64,000 bases of DNA, taken from Euryarchaeota archaeon UBA462 (GTDB taxonomy: Archaea; Thermoplasmatota; Poseidoniia; Poseidoniales; Thalassarchaeaceae). Each line of letters begins with the position of its first letter. The first letter of the stretch is position 1. Location of the stretch: assembly GCA_002506755.1 (NCBI GenBank), contig DAYD01000008.1, forward strand, positions 2,151-66,150. Reading direction: 5' to 3'. The notes beneath the pieces are model-generated. The model was given only the letters and a program-made list of their open reading frames with translations. It did no database searches and was not told where the DNA came from. Both the position numbers and the translations under genes were made by a program. This document shows, piece by piece, positions 1 to 12,000 of the stretch.

Positions 1-3000
1 GACGAGTCCTGTGAATTCCCCGTATGTCCCTGTCGAGTTGTCGTACTGCTCGAATGTTATAGACGGGTTGGGGATATCAGCTAGCACCCATTCGGCGCCT
101 ATTGTGAAGTTTCCACCCTCAGTCAGATACGTCTGGACTCCGTATTCCCCAGGGGCTGTCTCCAGGTCAGCGTACGAGGTCCCATTTTCGTAAAGGAGGT
201 ATCCCGAGGTTAGAGTTAGGTCGTCATTACCTACGAATGTTATGAGCCATCCTAGATCGGCTTCATCTCGGAAAATCGGCAGTGTCATCTCGAGATCAAC
301 CCCGAAGACGTCGTGGAACTCGACTACCCAAACACCTGAGAAAGTCATTGGCAAGGAGGAGTCTCCCAACCAAGCCTCATCCAAGGTCGGATCACTGTAG
401 GACCATGCGCTCGGAGCGTCTCCATTCAACTGGAATGGTGGTGCTTCATCGGGACTGCCATCATATGCATCACCGTTGATCTCTGAGAACGCGTCTGCGG
501 CCTCGCTGGTGTTCAATACGCCGTCCATATTGCCCCACATGGCGTCCATCCAGAGCATGGCGTCACCGCCTATTCCCCATTCGAAGTGTGTGGTCAGCTG
601 GTAGTCTCCCTCGTCGATTAGCTCGAGGTCGAACTGTACCTCGAAAGAATCCGAGAAGTCATCCTCCAAAACTGTCTGGCAGGGTCCTTCCTCGTAGTAT
701 TCCCTCTGCACTAGCTCGAAGAGCGTTCCTTCGTGGTCGAAGGACAGGCTGGAGTAGAGTTCCATTCCACAGTACCAGTGAGGTATGGCCAGTATCAGGT
801 CGACAGTGGCGTTCTCGTCGGTAGCGTTCCAGGATACGGTCTGAGAGTCCAATTCATGGCCGTAAACGTAAGCGGAGTAGGACATGGAGTATGTCACGCC
901 CTCCTCAAGCATTGTTGCATTGAACCTCACATCGTAGACGCCTGCGTCACCTATCATGTGGTTCCACCCATCATCGTAGTCCACCCATGTGCCTCCATCG
1001 TCGATCTGGAGCTCGTACCATCCGCCTGGCATCTCCTCGCACGGCGGATAGAGGTTGAAGCCATATCCTCTGACGTTCAGCCAGCCATCAGACGTGTTCA
1101 CCCTAAGGTTCGCGTTGACGTGTAGGTAGCAGTCGAAGTCCGTTACCGTGACTTCCCATGGTATCACCATGTCATCGTCCTGGCTGGATTGAGTCCATGT
1201 GAACGTGTCAGAGATCTGGTTGCTCCAGTCGTGGTCAATCACGTAGTACCATGAAAGCTCGAATTCGTGCTCCTCGGGAGTCTCTTCCTCGCCTTCCCAT
1301 GTATCATATCCAACGACCCACAGTAGATCGGTCGTTCCCCCGTCTATATCGTTGTACGACACGTAGTCTCCGTCTTCGTCTGTCACGTCCATCCAAACTT
1401 CGTAACACTCGTCATAGTTGGAGAAGTGGAAGTTCCTGCTGAAGATGTGGTTATTGTTGCCGTCGGTAGTGTTGTAGATCACAGCATAGGAGTTGGTGTG
1501 GCAATCCCATTGAGTGACATTGAACGAGAAGTCCACGTGCTCTGTCCCATTGAACGTGAAGTCGTAGTAGTACCAACCATAGAACCCTGAGGTCATCGAT
1601 GTGTAATACTCCAAGGTGTAGTTGCTTCCCACATCCAAGTGGTCCAAGACAAAGGTCATGTTGTTCTCTCCTACCTGCACGCCGTTGTCGCCGTATTCGT
1701 CGTAGGAATCGATATCCAAAGGCAAGTTGCACGGGCCGTCTATGTATCTAGTTCTGCTATACATCTCCGACCACTGGCCATCGGTAAGGTTGATTACCCG
1801 AGCGTAGAAATACGCTTGGCAGTCGAAAGAGTCCATCGTCATGTTGAATTCTATGCCGTCTGGTATGTCATCGGTCGTGTTCACTGTAAGCTCATCGTAG
1901 AACCACCCGTACCATCCTTGACTGTCGTCATAGTACCACTCCAGCCTGTACTCGGTGCCGTTGTCCATATGCCCGAAGTCGAAGAAGAGGTTGTTCACTC
2001 CCTCCTCAAGGGAGAAGCCGGGATCCAGCGCATCGACCGTCAGGTTCCCGTCGTCATCAGCGGCGAACAGGTTGAACGGTGGGTAGCATGGCTCCTCTGG
2101 GTGGAAGCTGAAGCTCGCCACCTGCTCGTAGTTGTTCGTGTAGTCAGACATCGGACGAAGGTAAGCGTACCAGTAGACGTTGCACTCGTACATGTCTATG
2201 GTGATGTCGAAGTCGAAGGACTCAACCCCAGTCGAGTCGGCCGTGAAGTACTCGTAAGTGTAATCGCAGCAGTAGTTACCGCTGAGGTACCAGTAGAACT
2301 CGTACTCGTAGCCCTCGAGGAGTCCAGTGAGGTTCCAGCTCATGTTCGTTGTACCTGGCATGAGGTCGTAGCCGTATCCGTAGTCGTACGTCGACCAGCT
2401 GCCGTCTTGGTCCTCGATGTCCACGGCGATCGTGCCCGCATCCTCTATGCAGTCCGTTTCAGGGTAGAGATAGGTGTAGTCATAGTAGTGCCATCCAGAG
2501 AAGTCGCTCTCCTGGCGCATGTAGCTGTAGAAGTTCGGGTTGCACTCGAACTCGCTCAGCATCACCGAGAATTCTATCGGTCCATCGTCGGCACTGACCC
2601 AGCCGCTCCACCAATGGCCTGGTCCGCTGGAGCTGAAGTAGTACGATGTATCACCCATCCAGCTGATATCGTAGTACATGTTGATCTCGCCCGCGGGTAG
2701 TAAGGTGTCATCGTCGACAATCACCCAATTACCGTCTATCTCTGCGTACAGAGGCGTTGAGAGCCTCGCGTCACCATCAGTCCCATCGCACGGCCCTTCC
2801 ATGTCATACAGATACGAATTGTTTAGTTCCGTGTTGGACCATGTGCTGGTCTTCACATACAGTTTCGCGTATACATCGACATCGCAGACGAATCCTGGAA
2901 CATCAAAGGTGAAGTCGAAGTCGTGTGAAGTGAAGTTGTCCACTATCACCATGTGGCTCTCGAAGAAGTTCAGGTACCCATCGTACCTAACCTCGATTTC

Positions 3001-6000
3001 AGCCGCGTATGGGAAGCCGTCCTGAAGGTTGTCTGCAGAAATCGTCAGGGTGTTCTCGCCCGCGGTGAACTGGGAGTCCTCGTCCAGCTCACTGCCGGTG
3101 GCGTCCGTGACCGAGAAGTCGGGATAGTCGGAGCTGTCGTAGCTGAGGCTCTCGCACGGCCCATCAATGTAGAAGCCCTCCGAGCCGAGGTACCAGCTGT
3201 TGTAGTTGCTATCCGGATACCTGAAGTCGTAGAGGGTCATGTCCCAACTGAAGTACATCGAACACGCCCAAGGCGCGATCGGGATTGAGAACTCCATGAG
3301 GTTGCCGTCATAGGTGAAGTAGTGGTACTCGGACTGGCTTGGGAATCCAGTGCTGCTATAGTACATGTACATCCTGTAGGTAGCACCCACGCTGAGGTTC
3401 TCGAAGGTGACCTGCACGGCGGTCTCGCCCGCTGGCAGGTCGTCAGGATCCTCCACCCATGTCCCATTAACGTCGAACTCGAAGTTCGCGTAGTGGTCGT
3501 CAGGGTACACCCATTCGTTGCAGCTTGGGTACCAGTAGAAACTCTCATCTTTCATGTTCATCCAGTTAGTGGAGTCGCTGTCATCTGTGTCGACGAACAG
3601 CCTGTACCTCACCTCTAAGTTACAAGTAGTCGAGTTGTCTATCGAGAAATCCCATGATATGGAGTGGTCGTCGCTGGTTGCAACCCATGTCTGATGCTCG
3701 TAGAGCACGTAGTCGTTGTTCAGCCTGACGTACCAGTCGAGGGTGTAGTGTCCGCCGACCGTCAGGTCCTCGAGCTCCCATGACATGTCGTTGGTGCCGT
3801 TGTTGAGGTTGGACCAGTCTTCCCAGACCTCGCCAATGCCATCCATGTTGAGAGAGACGTTGCCGGGGTTCTGGCAGTCGGTCTCGAAGTTGTTGTACCT
3901 GCTGATCATGTGGTATCCGCTGCCCCTGAAGGAGTCATACCTCAGGTAGACGTATATCTCGACCAGGCAATCCCACTGGGTTACTGGTACGTCGAAGTAA
4001 AATACGCTCTGGTCTGTGGTTACTTCTACGCTGTTGAAGTACTCGTTATCAGAGCTCGTGTGCCATCTGTACTCTAAGGTGTACTCGGTGTCCGAACCTG
4101 CTAGGTTGCTTACGTCAATCGCGAAGGGGATAGTCTGGTTCCCTCCGACATTGTCCCACTCTGAGACCTCGGTGTAGTTGCCGTCACCGTCCGAATCGAC
4201 GAGGATCGCCCATGGGTACAGCGACTGGTAGTTGTCGCAGCTTGGGTAGAAGTATCGGGTGTGGCTGCTGATTTGGTCCCAGTAGTTGCTCGACTCGTCT
4301 ACGAGGTAGAAAATCCTCGACTCTAGCCTCAGATCGCAGACCTCTGGCTCGACTTCAACGGAGAAGTCTACCGTGATGTTTCCACTGTCGGAGAAAGTCG
4401 TGTAATCGTACGTTTGCATGTCCCCGTTCTTGTAGACCGCCCACTCGAATGCGTAGTCATATCCCTCCGGGAGGTCGTATATCTCCCATGAGAGGTTGTG
4501 AGTGCCTTCGTCGATCTGATAGGAGTCGACGTAGTTTCCGCTCTCGTCTTCCATATCGATCCACACGTTGGCACAGTCTGGTGCGTTGAAGTGCCAGCTG
4601 TCGCTTGGGCCAGCGGAGCTTCCGTTGCCATCGTAGTACAGGTAGGCGTATGCATAGGCATAGCAGTCGAAGATACCGAGATGCAAATTCCAGTTGACGT
4701 CGTTGGAGCCGTTGTAAGTGAAGTACTCGGAGTACCAACCGTTCCAGGAGGAGTCGTTGCTGTAGTACCACTGTAAGTAGTAGTCAACCCCATCCTCTAG
4801 GTAATCGAATGCCCATGTCATTTCGTTGTCACCCAAAGATAGGTCCATCGAGTCCATATCCTCGGTGTCTGTACCATTGACCAGGAGGGATACTGGCTTC
4901 ATGCACGGGCCATCTAGGTAGATTGATCGGTCAAACATATTGCTGCGCTGCCCGTCTGACAGATTGTAGACCCTGACTTGCAGGTAGGCATCGCAGTCGA
5001 AGGAGTCCATCGTCATGTTGAAGTGAATCCCATCCGGAACGTCATCAGACAAGTCGACGTCAACTATCAAGTCGTAGTACCATCCGTTGCCACCATCGCT
5101 ATCCGAGAAGTAGTAGTCCACCTCGTACTGTGTGCCGTTGTCCATGTTTCCGAAGTCCATGAACAGATGGTTATCGCCTGGCAATAGCGCGAAGCCCGAT
5201 TCAAGGGCATTCACCGTCAAATTGCCTTCGTCATCCGTCGTCACGAGGTCGAACGGTGGGTTGCAAGGCTCCTGAGGGTGGAAGCTGAATGACTCGGTAT
5301 TGTGGTAGGATCCCGAGTACTCGGACATCGGCCTGAGATATGCGTACCAGTAGATGTTGCACTCGTACCTGTCGATTGTGATTTCGAAGTCGAAGGACCC
5401 AACCCCAGTCGAGTCGGCCGTGAAGTACTCGTAAGTGTAATCGCAGCAGTAGTTACCGCTGAGGTACCAGTAGAACTCGTACTCGTAGCCCTCGAGGAGT
5501 CCAGTGAGGTTCCAGCTCATGTTCGTTGTACCTGGATTCAGATAGTAGTCATAGCCTTCCCCATTTTCGTAGGAGCTCCAGTTACCCTCGTCGTCTTGGA
5601 TGTCCAGTGTTATGTCACCACCGTCAAGACAGTCGGTTTCTGGGTGGATGTAGTTGGACCCAGTGCTGTGGGAGCCAGTCCAGTCGCTGCCAGCCCTGAA
5701 CTCTATCCTGCTGTAGATATACAGGTCGCACTGGAACTCGCTGACTGTCCAGGTCCACTCGAATGGGTGGTCGTTGCCATCCACCATGCCGCTCCAGTGA
5801 GAATGGCCGCCCTGGTAGAAGTAGACCTCCTCCTCGGTGTCGAGGGAGCTTAGGTCCCAGTACATTTCTGTCTGCCCTGGAGGAATCACGGTATCGTCGT
5901 CAACTAGTACCCATGTCCCGTTGATCAGCGCATATAGCGGGATGCGGAGCTGAGCGTCTCCCCAACTGCCGGAGCCGTCACAGGGGCCATCTGCATTCTG

Positions 6001-9000
6001 GATGTCTTCATAGTACAGCTGGGTGTTGCCGCTCGAGGTCCTTACGTACAGGTACGCCCTCACGTCGACCTCGCAGACGAACCCTGGTACGTCGAACTCG
6101 ACTGTCAGAGCCTCGCCGACGGTGCTGTTTCCGAACCAAGCGGTCTGGTCGAAGATGTTCAAGTATCCGTTGAAGTAAACCCTCGCCTCCATGTAGTATG
6201 GGAAGTCGCTTTGCAGGTTTTCTGCGGACAGATGCAAAGTGTTGTTGGTCTCTGAGAATTCGTAGTCGGTGCTTATCTCGCTGCCTGAGCCGTCTGTGAC
6301 GTTGAAGTAGGGCGAGTCTGAGCTGTCATAGCTCATTGTCAGACAAGGTCCGTCAAGCGATCCACTGTCCGAGCCCATCCACCAGCTGTTGTAGCCGGTA
6401 CTGGATGAGGTACCATACCTGAAGTCGTACACCTGAATGTACCAGTTGTACGATATCGAGCATGCCCAGGGAGCTATCGGCATATCGATGTCCATGGGCT
6501 CACCATCGTAGGTGAAGTAGATGTGTTCCGAATTGCTATTGAACCCGGTTCCGGAGTAGGAGAAGTACAACATGTAGTTAGCCCCCTCGCTCATGTTCTC
6601 GAACCTTAGCTGCACAACATCGAATCCATATGGCATGGTATCGGGGTCTTCCACCCATGTACCGTTGACGTCGAACTCAATGCTCACGTAGTGGTCATCT
6701 GGGTAGACATACTGATCGCAGCTGAAGGACTCGTAGTAGTTGCCATTGTCCATCTCGGCCCAGTAGCCAGAGCCTGTAATGTCGACGAATGTCCGGTAGT
6801 ATACCCTCACGTTGCAAGTTGTCGAGGTGTCTACATCCAGTTCCCAGTCGAACAGGGCGCTTGAGTTGACGCCTGTGTTCCAAGTCTCACTTACGTAGCT
6901 CACGTAGTCGTTATTGTACTGGACCCTCCATTCGAACGTGTAGGTGGTATTGGCCACTAGGTCCGTCAGGTTCCATGACATGGCGTTTGATCCGTTCTCC
7001 AGTCCCATGTCGTAGCCGACATCCTCGGAGTCAATCTCTAGCTCCACGTCTCCGGTGTTGACGCATGGCGAGTCGGTGTATTCCGTCCCTGACTTGATGT
7101 AGGTCATATCACCATCCAGGAGGTACATGCCCACGTACAGGTAGGCCTCTACTTGGCAGACCCACTCGTCGACAGTCATCTCCACCTCCACGTAGTCTTC
7201 CCTGTCCGCTGGGTAGAACTGGCCCCAGTTCCAGCTCTCCTGGTCGAAGTTGGTGCGTATGTGACCCCAACTGTTGTACTCCCTGTCTTGATCCAATCCA
7301 GATAGGTCTATCCTGAAGGTGTGGTCGCCGTTCTCGATGAGGTCCGAGGTGGCCCAAGAGTCATCGGAAGTGTCCTCGGTATCGTTGTCATCCAGAACAA
7401 GGAGGGGGAACTGGTTGAAGTCCGCCTCATAGTTGCAATTGGGATTGAGGTAGTCCGAGCCGGAGTGGACCTCGATATGGGTTCCCTCGTCAGTCAGAAC
7501 GTAGAGGTAGTATCGTAGCCTGATCTGACATGTTATCTCCTCCTCCACGTCGAGGGTGAATTCGTGGGTATGCTCAGAAGAGGTCGAGTTGAACTCGAAG
7601 GAGTGGTGACTGGTGTAGTCATCGTTCCTGAAGACCAGCCACTCGAATTGGTAGGTCTGGTTCTCCACCAGGCTATGCATGCGCCACCTCATCTCGTTAG
7701 ATCCGTTGTCCACGTTCGAATTGGAGTATGAATCGGTCCATCCGTAGGATCTGTTCACCTGCGATACTGCACGGCCCCCGTCGACACAATCATCGGGGTG
7801 GAAGTAGCTGCTCCAGCTTTGTATCTGGCTGCCTCCTGCAGAGTCGTTGTAAACGTAGACCCTGACGTAAATCTCGCAGTCCCATATAGTGGCGTTTAGG
7901 TGCCAGTCGATGTGGGAACCGTCATGCGTAAAGTCATGGTCGAAATGCACGTTGCCTTGGGTGGAGGGTGCCCTCCAGTAGTAGTTCACCCTGTAGTCGC
8001 TACCAACTTCTAGGTTGTCGAGGTTCCACCTCATCTCGTTCGTTCCTGCCGAGAATAGCTCAGAGCCTGCTGAGACGTAGGTCCCATCTGCCTCTGGGTC
8101 TATCTCAAGGACAGCGGGAAGGACGCATGGCCCATCCAAATCGATTCTGTAGGTGCCTCCTACCCGATCACTATTGCCGTTGGAGATTTCGTACACTCGC
8201 ACATCGACGTAGATTTCGCAGTCTTCGTCATCGAGAGTCATGTTCCAATAGTATCCTTCGATGGTCTCGTTGACAGTGAATTGGTTGTCGTAGTACCATC
8301 CGTGTCCTCCCGATTTATCGCCATGCCAGTAGTAGTCGACCTCGTAGTCGCCGTGTCCGATGCTTGACAGGTCGAACATCATCTGGACGGTCCCCTCGGG
8401 AAGGGTGGATGTGGTCGAGTCAGCCCATCCGGTCGAAGAGGTTCCGTCCTCGAATAACAGGTCGTAAGGTGGGATGCAAGGCTCGTCTGCGTAGAAGTAG
8501 ACTGTTTCTAGATTCCTCATACTGCCATCGTTCCAGATGCTTAGAGTACCATAGCCCCAGACGTCGCACGAGCTCTCCTCTACGTCCAAGTCGAAGTGCC
8601 AAGAGTGGGTGTCCGAGGTAGCGTACCATGTGTCGCCCGCGTTGCTGTAGACGTATTCATTGTCTACATATGCGTAGAAGTATATCGAGTACCTCTCCCC
8701 GATGTTCAGGTCCGTCATGTTCCAGTAGAGGTCGGTGCTTCCAGCTGGGATATCCCATCCGTTGTTGTTTAGCTCGAGCTCTTCCTCCCAACCATCTGCC
8801 AGCATCGCGGACACCGAAAGGTCCCCGGCAGGATCGCAGTCAGAGTTCTGAAAGTATCTGGTTGGCATGGACGCATAGGTATTCCAATTGCCGCTCAGAG
8901 ATATGTAATCGATGTGGGAGTAGGCTTGCGAGGTGCAGCTCCAATCGTTGACGGTATAGTTGAGGTAGATGTCTTCGCCTTCGTATCCGTCGTAGTTTGA

Positions 9001-12000
9001 ATAGCTCGGGTTCGAGGGGTTTCCGACGTTGAAGTAGGTACTGTAGCTCTCACTGTTGCTCCCCTCGCCTTGGACGTAAGTACTGATGTAGTAGGTCATG
9101 TTGTCCGTCAGGCTGAGCGAGCCTATGTTGAACCTGAGTTGGTTGACTCCGGACTCCAAGAGCTCAGGGTCATCCTCCCAGGTACCGTCGGAGCCCAACT
9201 TGGAAAATGTGATCTGCGAGCCCTCGTAATCGCAATTCGTCGAGCTTCCTGAGTATCCGAAGTGCTCGGAGAGAGTACCGGACCGGAACCATCCGTTGTA
9301 GTCCTTAACGTACATCTCGGAGTAAAGGTAGAGATCGCAGGCGTCCTCGTCTATGTTGACTGTCCATTCGCCGCTTACGTCTGTTGTGTCGCCGAAGAAG
9401 TTCTCGCTCCTGATTTCCTGGATTTTCCCGTTATATCTCAGATGCATCGTAATGAAGTGTTCGTACCCATTCAGAGACTCCTCGACGCCCCATCTGAATG
9501 TGTTGTCTCCCTCTTGCAGTTCTGCTACCTCATCGAGGTCATCGAGTGACCCGTCCGTGTCTACGATCGACAAGGAGAACTCTGGAGCTGTTTCGTCCGT
9601 GAGGTCTACTGCGTCATTGCAAGGACCGTCGATCACGGGATCGCCGTTTTCGTGGTCCATCCGGTATTGGTTCCCTGTGTGTGTTCGGAAGTACAGGTCG
9701 TACTCGAAGTCAATGTGACAGGACCAATCTGCAATGGGTAGCTCCCACATGACGTTGAAGTCCCCTGTGCCATCGTAGTAGGAGTAAAGGTTTGAGCTGT
9801 TTAGGTAGGCTTCGATATTAGTATTCAGCTTTAGGTTCTGTCCTTCGTTTGTTCCACTGACCTCCCACTTCATCTGGTGGATGCCCACGGACAGGTTTGT
9901 CGTTTCGTTGACCTCTACCCAGTTGTTGCTTTGGTCGAGGTGCCACAGGCTGACTGGGTTGTATGGAACCACTTCGGTACCGTCGCAGACTGGATCGAGG
10001 TCGAAACCGTGGCTGGATACCGATGTCCACTTATCGTCATTCGCATCATCCTCGTCCCACCACTCCTGCGTTTCATCGAAATCGGCATATAGATAGGCAT
10101 TAACATCCACGTCACACCACTCCCCTGGAGTTTCGAGGGTCCAATTCAGGTGTGTGTAGTTCGATGTCGCAGTGAATACCGTTTTGTTGTAATAGTCACC
10201 GTAGAGCGAATCCTCTCCATCGGCTGTATAAGAGCTCGACCGGTCAGTGAACCACTCGAATACGTAATCCTCGCCGACCTCGAGGTTGGAGAGATTCCAG
10301 ATCAAGTCGTTTGAGCCGTTGTTGGTCGATGAGCCGGTGTAGGTCATGTTATGGAGGTGAAGATTGACATCTCCCCAGTCCTCGCAATCGGTCGAGAAAG
10401 ACTCGGACCAGTAGTCTAAGTGTTTCGATCCGCCGTCAGGGAGCTCGAGGTATAGGTAGGCGTAAACGTTGGGGTGACAATCGGTGACATGAACCGAAGC
10501 ATTCCAGTAGATTGGCTGACCGTCGTAAACGAAGTGGTCATCCATAACCTGATCTCCCTCGAAGTACCAGTAGAGCCTCACGCCTGTCCCATTGGCCGAT
10601 TGGTCAATGTCCCAGTAGAAGTTCTGGAGCCTGGAGTTTGAGGTGTTCAATTCATCGTTTTCGTCGTTTACCTCGATCCAGCTCTGTCCACCATTTGCAT
10701 CATCCATTATGGCGTAGAGGCTCAGTACCGAGGTGTCTTCCGTAGTGGAGCCATCGCAGGGCCCGTCGAAGTCCTTCTGATCGAATCCGACCTCCATCCA
10801 CTTGTGCGGGGTCAAAACGTATGCATAAACCGCGAATTCAACGTCACAGACGTAACCGGGTACGACTATGTTGTAGTTTGCCCAGCACTCATCGTCTCCC
10901 GCGGGGCACTCAAGATCTGTGAATGCGACATATTCCCCATCAAATTCGATGGTGTAAACGGTTCTGTATGTGCGAAGGTCCTTCCCCCCCTGGAATCCAG
11001 CAGTGCCCGCGAAGGACCCTGCGCTGAGATCGTGCCCATCTGAAAGGGGGTATGGAGAGTTGACCCTAAGATCTGTGATCTCCTCACCGCAATTGACGTT
11101 GATTGTCTCATCGTAGTACTCGATGTTGACACCCGAGGTGGAGTTTTGGATGTAGGCATCAACCCTTACATCGCAGGTCCAATCAGGATCCGAATTGAGG
11201 TCGAACTCCAAGTATGAGCCGTCTGCGGTGAATGTGAAGCTTTCTCCGCGCGACCTGAATTCGGTATACCATGAAAAGGAGATGTAGTAGGACTGGCCGT
11301 CATCTAGGTTGCTAGTGTCCCATGCTAGGGTGGAATCCCCGCTGGATATGGTGTCAGGATCCTGTGTCCATGACCCGTCTGACTCCAGAACGTAGAGCAT
11401 GAATGGCTCTCCTGCGCACAGATTAGTGGCGTTCGGTGTCATCTCGTCTGGCTCGTTGTAGTCCCAAACCCCATTACAAAGCTCCCATGAGCCATCCCTG
11501 CTGGTCGAGTAACCCTCGTTGTCCCTCCCGTAGTAGTCCAGAGTTGTCACGACTGCGGCATTCGAGGTCGATACGTTCCTAGTTGAGATTAGCAGGGAGT
11601 CCGAGTAGCTGATGTCGAAGGAGAAGTCGCCATTTCCTCTTTCGAAAAGCATGAACCCTCCTGATGTGATGTTTGTCCCATTGCTAAGGACCATTCCGGA
11701 GCTGGTGTCATCGTCCCGTATGTGCCATCCCCCTAGATCGCACTCAGCGCTTCCGGAGTTGTGGATCTCGATCCAATCACTAGAAGAGTCGTGGTAAACT
11801 TCAGTGACATTGACGTCCGTTAGCGAGCAATCTGGCAATGGTGTGGTGCCAGAAGTGCTACGAATTGAATTTTCAAGCTCTTCCGGAGCTAAATCCTTCT
11901 CCAGTAGTCCAGTTTGTAGTGTAAGTGCTGGTGTTGCTACCATTAGAAGAATCATAAAGATAGCATTGTTTTTCGTTCGGTTCCCGTATACGGCAGGCTG

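Larger units (their letters stand above)
680..11500 (-). repeat. Array of ~30 tandem protein modules (~350-360 bp each) inside the giant CDS; bounds approximate
   Basis: A cysteine pair recurs about every 119 aa. Examples: DGPC...FDCQAYFYARV (~1818), EEPC...YECNVYWYAYL (~2188), ETDC...FECN (~2548), EGPCDG...FVCDVDVYAKL (~2885), DGPC...WACS (~3262), and so on up to WTCDVRVDAYI (~11175). The motif N-[ML]-[ST]-W-[NE]-L also recurs. Confidence 0.75.

Noticed and set aside
588-11797. Many plus-strand ORFs in the track across 1-12 kb (e.g. 1639-2700, 353 aa; 5302-5853, 183 aa; 733-1125; 2953-3288).
   Set aside because: They are V/H/L/R-rich low-complexity translations. They lie antisense to the continuous reverse-strand giant ORF. 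The D/E/Y/N-rich codons (GAY, TAY, GAR, AAY) of the real gene rarely create stops on the opposite strand. The duplicated peptide EVEG.NPSRVGREVLVSVIAAVVTAEV in two of them simply mirrors the 135-bp repeat.
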